From Selaginella moellendorffii (Eukaryota; Plantae; Lycopodiophyta), in assembly GCF_000143415.4 (NCBI RefSeq), contig NW_003314290.1, forward strand, positions 186,001-250,000: 64,000 bases of DNA, given 5' to 3'. Below are positions 12,501 through 24,010 of this stretch, piece after piece. The notes under the pieces are model-generated. The model was not told the origin of the DNA, made no database searches, and saw only the letters and a program-made list of their open reading frames with translations. Numbering within the stretch: the stretch's first letter is position 1; the number at the start of each line of letters is the position of its first letter. A program made the position numbers and the translations under genes.

Positions 12501-13380
12501 GAGCTGGCTCTTGAACACTTCACCAAATTACCCCACTTATCAATTCATATTCACTTTAATATTGGATTCCTCAGTGGATATATCATCACCCAGCACGTGG
12601 GTATAGCTTTCCTGGGTCACACTAGCCTTTCTTGGCCAAACTGGCTCCACTAGGGTCCAACCCCCACACTCTCCCTACTATACTTTTGGAACCCTCTGCA
12701 GCCCCCACCCTAGGGGAAAATTGCTTTGGGCTTTCACCCAACAGTCTGTATTAGTGTTCGGACTCGGACTCGGACTTAGTCTTGGTCTTGCTCTCAGTTT
12801 TGGACTCGGACTTGGTTTGTCTCGGTCTCAATCTTGATCTCGGTCTTGGTTCCATCTCGGGTCCATCCCGGGCTCCATCTTGGGTCCATCTCAGACTCCA
12901 TCCTAGGTCCATCTCAAACTCCATTTCGAACTCCATCTCAGGTTCATCTTGGACTCTATCTCAAGTCCATTTCGGACTCCATCTCGGGTCTATCTAGAAC
13001 TCCATCTTAGGTCCATCTCGGACTCCATCTTGGGTCCATCTCGGACTCCATCTTGGGTCCATCTAGAACTCCATCTCGGGTCCATCTTGGACTCTATCTC
13101 GGCTCCATCTCAAACTCCATCTCGGGTCCATCTCGAACTCCACCTTGGAATCCTTCTCAGACTCCATCTCGAACACTTCCACGTGTCATGTGTTGGTCCT
13201 CTTGTGTCCCTTTTTTAAAGACTCACCTATTGCTTGCTTCATGCTCGTTCCTTGAGCCCTTTGTTAGGAGTTCCACTCCTACTCTTGACTTTTCGAGTCA
13301 GAGCTTTTTAGTCCAAATGTGTTACTTTCATTTGGCTTCCGCTTCGGCCACTACCACGTGGCACCCTTTCGACTCCACTT

Positions 13381-15416
13381 TGTGAGACACAAAATCCCTA
13401 GGCCCCAAAGTGGAGCCGAAAGGGTGCCATGTGGTGGTGGCCGAAGCGAAAACCAAACGAGCATGACACATTTGGACTAAAAGCTCCGACTTGAAAGGTC
13501 GAGAGCGGGAGTGGAACTCCCAACAAAGTGCTCGAGGAACGAGCACGAAGCAAGCAATAAGCGAGGCTCCAAAAAAGGGACCCAAAAGGACCAACACATG
13601 ACACGTGGAAGTGTCCAAGATGGACCCGAGTTGGAGTCCGAAGTGGAGTCCGAGAAGGACCCCAAGATGGAGTCCGAAGTGGAGTCCGAGAAGGACCCCG
13701 AGATGGAGTCCAAGGTGGACTCGAGATGGAGTCTGAGATGGATCTGAGATTGAGTCCGAGACGGACCCAAGATGGAGTCTGAGATGGACCCGAGATGGAG
13801 TCCGAGATGGAGTCCGAGGTGGAGTCCGAGATGGACCTGAGATGGACTCGAGATGGAGTCCGAGATGGACCCGAGATGGAGTCCGAGATGGATCCGAGAT
13901 GGACACGAGATGGAGTCTGAGATGGACTCGAGATGGAGTCCGAGATGGAGTCCGAGGTGGAGTCCGAGATGGACCCGAGATGGACTCGAGATGGAGTCCG
14001 AGATGGACCCGAGATGGAGTCCGAGATGGACCCGAGATGGATCCGAGATGGACACGAGATGGAGTCTGAGATGGACCCGAGATGGAGTCTGAGATGGAGT
14101 CCGAGGTGGAGTCCGAGATGGACCCGAGATGGAGTCCGAGATGGACCCGAGATGGAGTCCGAGATGGACCCGAGATGGATCCGAGATGGACACGAGATGG
14201 AGTCTGAGATGGACCCGAGATGGAGTCCGAGATGGAGTCCGAGGTGGAGTCCGAGATGGACCCGAGATGGATCCGAGATGGACCCGAGATGGAGTCCGAA
14301 GTCGAGATCGAGACCGGGACCGAGACCGAGACCAAGGCCGAGGCCAAGACCGAGCCCAAGCCCGAGCCCAAGTCCGAGTCTGAGTCTGAGTTCGAGTCTG
14401 AGTCCAAGTTCGAGTCTGAGAGGGTGAAAGCCCAAAGCATTTGTCTCCCAGACCCTGGGGGGTTTGGTGAGCTCCAAAAGTATAGTGAGGGGGAGGACTG
14501 CAGTGGAGCCAGTTTGGCCAGGAAAGGCCAGTTTGGCCCAGGAAGGCCGGACCCAGTGTTGGGTGATGAGCTGCTCACTGGGAAGTCCAAGACTAGAGTG
14601 AACACGGACCAACAAGCGGGGTAGCTTGGTGAAGTGTTCAAGAGCCGACTCTAGTTCCCCCGGGAGATCGACTGGCCGATGCTCCCAGTCCAAGTGTGGG
14701 TGGCACTACCTACTTGGATACCTGTCGTGGCTCAACGGAACCTCGCTCTAAGCCCATGGCTAGAGCACCTAAAGGCAAAAGGCGGGGAGAGTACCCATGA
14801 GGCTTGCATAAGGCCACGGTGTTCAGAAATGTTGTCCCAAAGTCCCAAACAATGAAAGGGAAGAGGAGCAGGCCTCTAATGCAATGACCAAGGATACAGT
14901 CACATGGTGAGGAAGTCCCAAAGGATAGTGGGACTTAGAGGTCGGGCCTGCGGGCCTTGATCTAGTGGCAGTGTTGGTGAACATGGCCATGGACTAAAAG
15001 GGACTGTGTGGGGATTGGAAAAGAGTTGTCAGGGAAGGCTATTCCCCATGTCTGCGGGCATCCTAAGGATGCTAAGGAGTAGATCTGGGATGATCAGTCA
15101 TGGACGGATGGCCCAGTCTTTGAGAGACGAGACCATGATGCAGGTGGCATTAGACCACCAGTGTGACCAAGGTGAATGGGCATGGCCTTAGCGTAACGGG
15201 CCGATATGTCGGGGGTACCTTGGGGTGTCGGTCATGGGATCGGACACGTGGAGCACTTGGACCAAGTGCAAATGTGGAGTGGCATGGATGCCATTCTTGG
15301 GGCTAGCAAGCCCCAAATCCTAACTGGGACTTATGGAGGTTGTGAATGAGACTCCTCCAAGTGGTCGGAGGTGCGGTTAAGTGACTAGAGTAAAATGGAA
15401 AAAGTAGTCGCTTACA
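13381..15416 (+). mobile_element. Family-A solo LTR with expanded 11/12-mer array
   Basis: TGTGAGAC...CGCTTACA; TSD CACTT/AACTT (1 mismatch). Confidence 0.9.
13615..14420 (+). repeat. LTR-internal tandem array of GAGATGGAGTCC / GAGATGGACCC / GAGWCC units (present in all A LTRs; related units in B LTRs)
   Basis: Visible 6-, 11-, 12- and 35-nt units; source of the low-complexity ORFs. Confidence 0.95.
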
Positions 15417-17143
15417 AACTTTTGGGGCTCTAGGATTTGTGTCTCACATCTGGGAGATGATCACTTTGGGCTTTCACCCTCGAACTCGGACTCAAACTGG
15501 GACTTGGTCTTTACCCCGGTCTTAGTCTTGGTCTCGGTCTCGGTCTCGCTCCTTGTCTCGATCCCAGTCTCAATCCCCATCTCAGACTCCTTCTCAAACT
15601 CTATTTCGGATTCCTCCTCAAACTCCATCTTGGACTCTTTCTTGAACTCCTTCTCATACTTCATCTCGGACTCTTTTTCAGAATCCATCTCAGACTCCAT
15701 CTCGGACTCCTCCTTAAACTCCTTCTTGAACTCCATCTCAAACTCCTTGGAATCCTTCTTGGACTCTATCTTGGACACTTGCTATATGTCACGACACTTG
15801 TTATGTGTCAGTCTTTCTTGTGTCCCATTTTAGAGACTCATTCATCAATTGTTTTATACTCATTCCTCAAACACTTTACTCAAAGTTCCACTCCCGCTTT
15901 TGACTTTCTGAGTTAGAGGTTTTTGATCCAAACATGTTATGTTTGTGTAAGGAACCAACTCACCGAGGTGTTGTAGGCCAAAGGACCCCCGAAAGCATGA
16001 CCAAAATGATAAAGAGTTCATCGGATGGGACCAAGTCGAAGATCGAGTCCAAGACCGACTCTGAGACCGAGTTCGAGATAGAGTCCAGAATCGAGTCCGA
16101 GGCCGACTCGGAGACCGAGTTCGAGACCGAGTTCGAGACGGAGTCCGAGATCCAAAATCAGGTCCGAGACCGAGTCCGAGGTCGAGTCCGAGATCGGGTC
16201 CGAGATCGAGTCCGAGATCGAGTCCGAGATCGAGTCCGAGACCGAATCCAAAGTCGGATCTGAGATCGAGTCCGAGATTGAGCCAGAGATTGAGTCCTAA
16301 TACTAATACGGGTCAAGGGGTGAAAGCCCAAAGTGTGTGTCTCCTGGGGGGGGGAGGGGGGCTGTAGGGGGTTCCAAAAGTATAGTAGGGATAGTGAGGT
16401 CTAGGAACCAGTTTTGAGGGAACTCTCTAGTGGGGCTTCCAAACTGACTTGAGGTTGGGACTGGGACCGAGGGGCCTTGGGTGGGAGTGAGCAGGGACTT
16501 GGTTGGTGCCAGAGGGGCCATCCAAGGAAGTGCTCAAGAGTAGCTCCCACTCCCGAAAGGAAACCGACTGTGGTGCTCCCGGCTCATGTGGAGTGGTGCC
16601 CCACTTGAGTACCATGTGGCTCATTGGTCCTTGCCCTTCCCAGGGGCTTGGGCCTTCCTTCGGGATGGAAGTGGGGGGGTAGAGGTACCCATACTGGGCC
16701 GTTAGAACACGTTGTTTCGCCCCGATGTCCCGAAGCAAGTGTTGCACCCAAGACTTGGGATTTAGAGGGTCCCATGATCAAGTCTTGTGGTACCAAGGGA
16801 TGTTAGGAACCTGGAAGCTTGGTGTGCTTGGCTGCTTGTGCTTGCGGGGAGTGTAGCCGAACCTTTAGTCCAGTCTAACCCGGGGAGGGGGATTGGGAGA
16901 GATTTGGGGATCCGTGGATGGATGGCTGACACTCCGTTGCTCGTGCAGTGAGTAGCTGAAACCAAGTAGGAGCTGGTACCATAGGCGGGAACCTTGGCGA
17001 GGGAACTTAGCAAAAGCCAAGGCAGTGTTGGACGGATAGACGAGGTAAGCTGGCAAATTGAAAAGGAAAAATTTGTGGTTTACAATTTGGTATCAGAGCC
17101 TTTTCCTCAGTTATAGCGAAGGATAGAGGCGGATTGCTGGGAG

Positions 17144-18337
17144 ATGGCAAAGGCGGGGCATAAACAAACCAAGTCGGAGACGGAACCTCCGCCAGAGCTG
17201 GAGCCTCCGGTCGAACAAGAGGCTATGGATGAGGAATCCTTGCATGAGGATGACTCCAGTGAGGAAACTTCCAAGCAGGAGTCTGGGGGTGAGGTTCGGT
17301 CGTCCAAGGCTCGACTGGATGTTCTAGAAGGATAGTTGGCACAGACCAATGCCCTGCTAGAGACTCTCGTACGCAAACTAAAGTGTGACGAGAAGCGAAA
17401 GAAAAAATGAAAGACTGCGGATGCTGGCAGCGCAGAAGATGCGGACCCTTCGGTAGGAACTGAGGCAGAACCAAATAAGGTCGAACAGACCGAAGTAGAA
17501 TCAGTCCCTCAGGCAGTTCCCAAGTACAAACCAAAGCCCCTACCGGTTTTCAAGGGAGTGAATGACTATAAAGTGGTGGAGGATTGGTTTTACGATATGG
17601 AGGACTACTTTCGAGTGTTGCGATTACCGAGCTCGAAGAAGGTCCCATGTGCAAAACCATACTTGGCAGATAATGCCAAGTCATGGTGGAGAACAACGGA
17701 GGCCAATGAAGGACCGGTGGCCACTTGGGACATGATGAAGGCGAGGATCCGTGCAACATACATTCCTCCGAATGCCACTCTGCATCTAAGGGATGAGCTG
17801 AGTAGGCTGAAGCAGACTGGAACCATCCAGGAGTATGTGAATGGGTTCATAGCAAAGAGGATACTTGTCACGGACATGGGGGATATGGATGCATTCCATG
17901 CCTTCATATCAAGTTTGCAAACCTGGGCTCGCAGTGAAGTGATGCACTGGAACCCGACCAACTACAAGGAAGCGTTGGATGCGGCTATCAAGGTGCATTT
18001 CAACGATAACCTGCGAAACGGGAACGCGACGGGGTCGGGATCCACATTTAGCAAAGGGGCCAAACCAAGAGGAACATATAGCAAAGGGAAATTCAAGAAG
18101 AGTTTCTCTAAGAATGAGTCCTCGGGATTCCAGAAAGGCAAATCCGGTGGCCAGCAAGCGAGTACGTGGGGGAGTCAAGCGAAAAGAGACAAACCCACGG
18201 ATAAGAAGGTCAAGTCGTTTAGCAGCGTGGGAAACAACGTATGCTACAACTGCGGTGAAGCGGGACACTTTTCGAGGGAATGTCCCTACCCGAAGAAGGT
18301 CAGAGCCAATATGGCCATTAAGTCGGGTGAAGTCTAA
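17144..18337 (+). pseudogene. gag: gag of element B
   Basis: Retrotransposon gag motifs (LKQTGTIQEY), CCHC knuckle CYNCGEAGHFSREC; in-frame stops in the 5' part. Confidence 0.9.
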
Positions 18338-21178
18338 ACTGAGGTATGTGATCTAGTCCCTAGCTCAAAGTTACTCATTACACGAGCAACTTTGGTAGAG
18401 AGTCGTTCGCGACATCTACTAGCCCTCCGAGGGAAGCTCGGGGGTAGCTTTGTTAAAATCCTTATTGACACGGGTGCTTCAGATAATTTTGTGGCTGCAG
18501 ACATAGTCCGGCAAGCCGGACTAATGGTGCAGCGGCTGGGCAAACCAAGGACTATAGAGTTTGTTCAAGGTAGCCAAAGCACCGATGAGGTACTTCAACA
18601 AGCGAGAGTCAAAGTAGAGACTTGGAAAGTAGACATGGACTTCACCGTGTTGGACATGGCGGGATTTGACGTGATCTTCGGGATGGACTGGTTCAATCGG
18701 TTCGTGATAGCCCTACATGGACAAAGTAGGAACCTTGTGGTACTGGCGAATGCCCAAGGAAGAAGATCCAGGGTGGAGGCCCAAGATCTAAAAGTAGGGC
18801 AATGCAAGGCCAAAGATTCGTGCCTAAATCTAGTGTCCACAAGAGGACAACTCACTAAAGGGACCAAGGCTGCATTTTTGTGCTTACTCTCGGTCAGAAG
18901 TGACAAAAAGACTGGAACGAAAGTACCTTTAGTGATCCAGCGGGTGTTGGATCAATTCCAAGATACCATGCCGGAGGAGCTATCGGCGGGGTTGCCCCCC
19001 GCACGACTGATAGAACATAAGATTGAGCTGGTCGAGGGTGCTGAGGTGGTGGTTCGCCCCCCCTATCGTTTGAACGAAAAAGAACTCGCGGAGCTCAAGT
19101 GCCAACTAGAGGAGTTGGTGGACAAAGGGTATGTTAGGTTGAGCAAGTTGCCGTATGGGGCGCCGGTGCTATTTGTGAAAAAGAAAGATGGATCTATGCG
19201 CATGTGCATAGACTACCGGTTGCTCAATAAGTATACCAAGAAGAACAAGTACCCTTTGCCAAGGATTGAGGACCTGTTCGATAGGTTGGGAAAGGCAAAA
19301 TACTTCTCGAGGATTGACCTAAAGTTAGGATACTACCAGATCAGGGTAGCAGAGGAAGATGTCGAGTTTCTAGTGATGCCCTTCGGGCTATGCAATGCAC
19401 TGGCAACGTTTTCAGCGTTGATGAACCATATCTTTGTACCCTATCTGGATCACTTTGTGGTCGTGTATATTGACAACATCCTGATCTATAGCAAAACGCT
19501 AGAGGAGCATGCCGAACACTTGACGAAGGTGTTTGAGAAACTAAGGGAACACCAGCTATATGCTAAAGAGAGCAAATGTGACTTTGCTCAACAAGAGGTA
19601 AAGTTTCTCGGGCATGTGGTGGGCAAGGACGGGCTCAAGGTGGACCCTGAGAAGGTCCAAGCGATCCAAGATTGGGAGCGACCATCGAATGTACACGAGT
19701 TAAGGGCATTCTTGGGGCTATGCAACTACTATCAAAAGTTTATCAGACACTATTCGAGAGTAGTGTAAGCAACCAAAGGGAACAACTCGAGAGACGATCC
19801 ATAAGGGTTCAAATATAGAGGGAAAGGGCCCATGAACAAGAGTGCACCCCCTTTTCCAATCGGTCAAGGGTCTTGGGATATTTGGGGTTAAGCGTCCTTG
19901 GGGTTGAATAGTACTGGGCTGGGTGACCTCCCGGGAAGTCCAAACTTAGGAGCTTACAAGTAGCCCTACCCTTAACGGACCAAACGGGAAAAGGGAAGAT
20001 GGTATGGACAGCAGAATGCGAGGTGGCATTCGTCCACCTCAAGAGGAAGTTGAGGAAGGCTCCCGTGTTGGCATTACCAGACTTTGGTAAGGACTTTGAG
20101 GTAAAAACAGATGCTTTAGACTTTGCATTGGGCGCAGTTTTGAAGCAAGACAACCATCCAATAGCGTTCTTCTCGAAGAAGTTGGATAAGGCCTAATGGA
20201 AGTGGCCTGCCCATGAGAAGGAATTGTTTGCGGTGGTCAAGGCACTCAAGGAGTGGCGACACTACCTTGGGAGACACTTCAAGGTTTACACGGACAATGT
20301 GGCAATGAAACACTTCTTGTCACAGCCCAACCTGAGGGGAAAACAAGGTCAGTGGGCCAATGCTTTGGCCGAGTTTGATTGCGAGATTTTGTACAAGCCT
20401 GGGAAGAGCAACATCGTGGCAGATGCGCTAAGTTGAAAAGCGAGCTTGAAGTTGGCGATATCCAGCGCGACAGCAACCTTTTGGGATGATGTGCGAACCA
20501 CATATGAGAACGACAGTTTAGCACAAGAAGTGTTGCTGAGGAATCTAGAGGCACGAGAAGCTTACTAGAGAGGTGAGCTGCCAACGGAAGAGAAAACAGG
20601 CTATGCGGAACGCAACGGACTCATATATTACAAGCAAACGAGGGTGTATGTTCCAGAAGGGGAACTAAAGAAGGTAGCCTTAGAAGAGTATCATGACGGA
20701 CCTCTTGTGGGACATGGCGGAGTGCCCAAGACAATGGGCTTACTCAAGAGGAAGTACCATTGGCCAGATATGGCTAAGGACGTCCAAGACTATGTAAAGA
20801 CATGTCCAACATGTCAGCAGGTCAAAGCCGTGACTAAGGCTAGTGGGGGCTTGTTAGAAAGCATCCCAATTCCAGATCGCCCGTGGAAATGTCTTACGAT
20901 GGACTTCATCACGGGACTCCCTCCAAGCGAGGGGTTCGATGCGATATTCGTGGTGGTGGATCGATTTTCAAAGATGGCACATTTCATACCCACCACAACG
21001 GAAGTGGATGCGGAAGGTGTGGCGAAGCTGTTCTTCGAACAAGTGGTTCGAGTGCGGGGAAGGCCAGAAGAGATTATCTCAGATCGAGATAAGATCTTCA
21101 CCAGTAGGTTCTGGAGGACCCTCCTAGAACAGTATCGCACCAAGCTGAAATTCAGCATAGCCTATCACCCATAGACAG
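18338..21178 (+). pseudogene. pol: pol of element B: protease, RT, RNase H, integrase N-terminal part
   Basis: [25 protein letters not shown] (YxDD degenerate), TDALDFALGAVL, H-H-C-C zinc finger, MDFITGLP; stops, a deletion in RT and a Cassandra insertion. Confidence 0.95.
19764..19958 (+). mobile_element. Cassandra TRIM solo LTR (5S-rRNA-derived segment) inserted in pol of element B
   Basis: TGT...ACA, TSD AGTAG; GTTAAGCGTCCTTGGG...TAGTACTGGGCTGGGTGACCTCCCGGGAAGTCC resembles the 5S rRNA A/C-box region. Confidence 0.9.
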
Positions 21179-21225
21179 GTAATGGGTATTAAGTCAAGAT
21201 TGATGGCACTAACACATCTTGATAG
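21179..21225 (+). other. 47-nt spliceosomal-type intron in the integrase of B (acceptor duplicated as TSD at 36709-36712)
   Basis: GTAATG...CTAAC...TAG; removal restores YHP(*)T-D-GKTERVNRQLEDYLRCY. Confidence 0.85.
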
Positions 21226-21885
21226 ATGCTCTATTTCGTTAAAGTGGGATTTATTCAGTAAAATGGGACTAGGTACAAATTTTCAAGTATTTGAAAATGA
21301 CGTGAAATTATATGTTTTTTGTCCAGGGGCTAGACATATCTGGGGCATGGTGACTAGTGCGGTGACCTTATGTCCAGACTGAGTCCATCTAGTTGTATAA
21401 TAAATCTCATTATCAAGGTGAACAAGCCGAATCTGAAGCTAAAGAAGAGCGATGGCATGCGCGCACACACTATTTGTTTGTTCATTGAGCGTGTGGTGAG
21501 CTTTCCAAGATGAACATCATTCCTATTAGCCAGACATATAACTTAATGGTGAGAACATTTAGATATTATTCAATGTTATCTTTTTCTAACGAATCTAATT
21601 GTGAAGATGTAGCAAGAGGCATTACTAGTCTGGAGAAGTCATTTAACTCATTTGACCCTTAGTGTATTTTCATGAAACTAAATAACATTCATATTATTAA
21701 GGAATTTCTCTAGTACCTTTTTTTTACGACATAGAGGCTTGCATTTCTTTCAAAGGTGATTTAGTAAAAGGCCTGAGGGCACATGCCATTCTATTTCTTA
21801 GACCGGTATTAAGATATACTAGTGCAAAGGGAAAAAGGTATTTGGTGATCAAGTAAATGGCATGAGGGCACACGCCATTATAAGC

Positions 21886-22143
21886 CTAAGCGCTAGTGGA
21901 CACCTCCTTTTTGGTACTCTCAGCGGTACTATCATCCTTCTCCGGGTCAGTTGTTTTGCTTTGGATTGTTGTCTCTGATGTTACTGGGGCGTTCTCGATA
22001 GTTGTTAATGTTGCCGTTTGTTCAGAAAAATGATCACCTGGAGTATAGTACGGGGAGTTTGGAAGACTTATATATTCTACATCTTCACCTATCTCCTTCT
22101 CCGTCTCCTTTTCTGCCTCACTTACAGATTTTGTGCTTGCCAT
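21886..22143 (-). CDS. Possible small acidic/Thr-rich ORF (~85 aa) inside the DNA transposon
   Basis: Open MASTKSVSEAEKE...EVSTSA with coding-like composition in AT-rich surroundings; no recognised domain. Confidence 0.3.
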   Translation of the reverse strand: MASTKSVSEAEKETEKEIGEDVEYISLPNSPYYTPGDHFSEQTATLTTIENAPVTSETTIQSKTTDPEKDDSTAESTKKEVSTSA

Positions 22144-22781
22144 GAGAACGCTCTTCACCCTAAAATATGGAGTTCGTTGTGTTATAAAAGGAAACCAACA
22201 CACACGCTGCCAGGGAATGATGGTACATAAAGCACGTAAGCCCACAATATGGGTTTATGTGCCATTAATATGGGCCACACGCCATATTATTAGATTTATG
22301 CACGTGTGATTGGTAAATGCATATGTCACATCATCTTTGTTTTACCTCACACACTATATCAGGCCTAATGAACCATATCACATGTGCGCACATGCTATAT
22401 ATATGGAGAAGTATTATGCAAGGATAGAAATTCAATGCATGATTGTGGAGAGCAATGGCATGAAGCCACATGCTAAATAACATTTTAGAGAAAGAATTAA
22501 AATAGAAACATGCAAACAGTACTAAGTGGACCAAGACTTAGAAGTGCACAATTGAATGAGGTATTTCTAATAAATACTTCACTCACCTCATATAGGAATG
22601 GCTACCACTCTCAAATGGCGTATCGCCTCATGCCATCACCTCGCAATTTGTTATAACAATCCGATGAATTCATATTTGGCTTGTTCACCTTGAACTTTAA
22701 GTAAGATTTGCTAGAACAACTAAGAATTTATACTTGTTATTTGTATCATCTCACCTAGGAATGGCGTAAGGCCACATGCCA

Positions 22782-23978
22782 TCACGCCTCCTCTGATTCA
22801 GATTCGGATTGTTCACCTTGAAATAAAATACATTAGAAACTTAGTAAAGGAATATTAATGAATTGTAAGCGACTAAATTTTCCATTCTACTTTAGTCACT
22901 TAACCACACCTCTGACCACTTGGAGGAGTCTCATTCACAACCTCCCCAAGTCCAATCCAGGACTTGGGACTTGCTAGCCCCGAGAATGGCATCCATGCCA
23001 CTCAACATTTGCACTTGGTCCAAGTGCTCCACGTGTCCGATCCCCTGACCGACACTCAAAGGTACCACCGACATAGCAGCCCGTTACGCTAAGGCCATGC
23101 CCAATCACCTTTGCCACACTGGTAGGCCACTACCACTTGCATCACAGTCTTGGCTCTCCAAGACTAGGCAAACCATCCGTGAGTGGTCATCTCAAATCCA
23201 CTCCTTAGCATCCTTAGGATGCCCACCGACAAGGGGAATAGCCTTCCCCAATATCCCTCTGTCAGTCCCCACTAAGTCCTTTTCTGCCCCTGGCCGTGTT
23301 TGCCAACATTGCCACTGGATCGAGACCCACAGGCCCGACCACTAAGTCCCATGGTCCTCTGGGACTTCCTCACCCCACGACTGTGTCCTTGGTCACTACC
23401 CCAGAGGACTGCGCCTCTTACTCTCCATAGTCTGGGCCTTTGGGACAACATTTCGGAACACTGTGGCCTTACGCAAGCCACCTGGGTACTCTCCTCGCCT
23501 TTTGTCTTTAGGTGCTCTAGCCATGGGCTTAGAGCGAGGTTCCGTTGAGCCACGACAGGTATCCAAGTAGGTAGTGCCACCCACACTTGGACTGGGAGCA
23601 TCGGCCAGTCGATCTCCCGGGGGAACTAGAGCCGGCTCTTGAACACTTCACCAAGCTACCCCACTTGTCGGTCTGTGTTCACTCTAGTCTTGGACTTCCC
23701 AGTGGGCAGCTCCTCACCCAACACTGGGTCCGGCCTTCCTGGGCCAAACTGGCCTTTCCTGGCCAAACTGGCTCCACCACAGTCCTCCCCCTACTATACT
23801 TTTGGAGCTCACCAAACCCCCCAGGGTCTGGGAGACGAACGCTTTGGGCTTTCACCCTCTCAGGCTCCGGACTCGGACTCGGACTCGGACTCGGACTCGG
23901 ACTCGGACTCAGATTCGGACTCGGACTCGGGCTCGGGCTCGGTCTCGGGCTCGGCCTCGGTCTCGGTCTCGGTCCCGA

Positions 23979-24010
<32 letters not shown>

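Larger units (their letters stand above)
3597..15448 (-). mobile_element. Family-A solo LTR with an internal ~790-bp duplication, hosting two further A insertions
   Basis: TGTAAG at 3597, GTCTCACA ending 15448, TSD TCTGG at 3592-3596 and 15449-15453. Confidence 0.85.
1408..15945 (-). mobile_element. Family-A LTR split into pieces (1408-2099, 3343-3596, 15454-15945) by a LINE, a nested A LTR and element B
   Basis: Starts TGTAAGTGACTAAATTTTCC; pieces join into the A LTR consensus once the TSD-flanked inserts are removed; far end not found. Confidence 0.8.

Noticed and set aside
13615-14420. CRISPR-like appearance of the repeat arrays
   Set aside because: No unique spacers, no cas genes, eukaryotic LTR context
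19886-19941. 5S rRNA gene
   Set aside because: Only the internal A/C-box part, embedded in a TGT..ACA LTR
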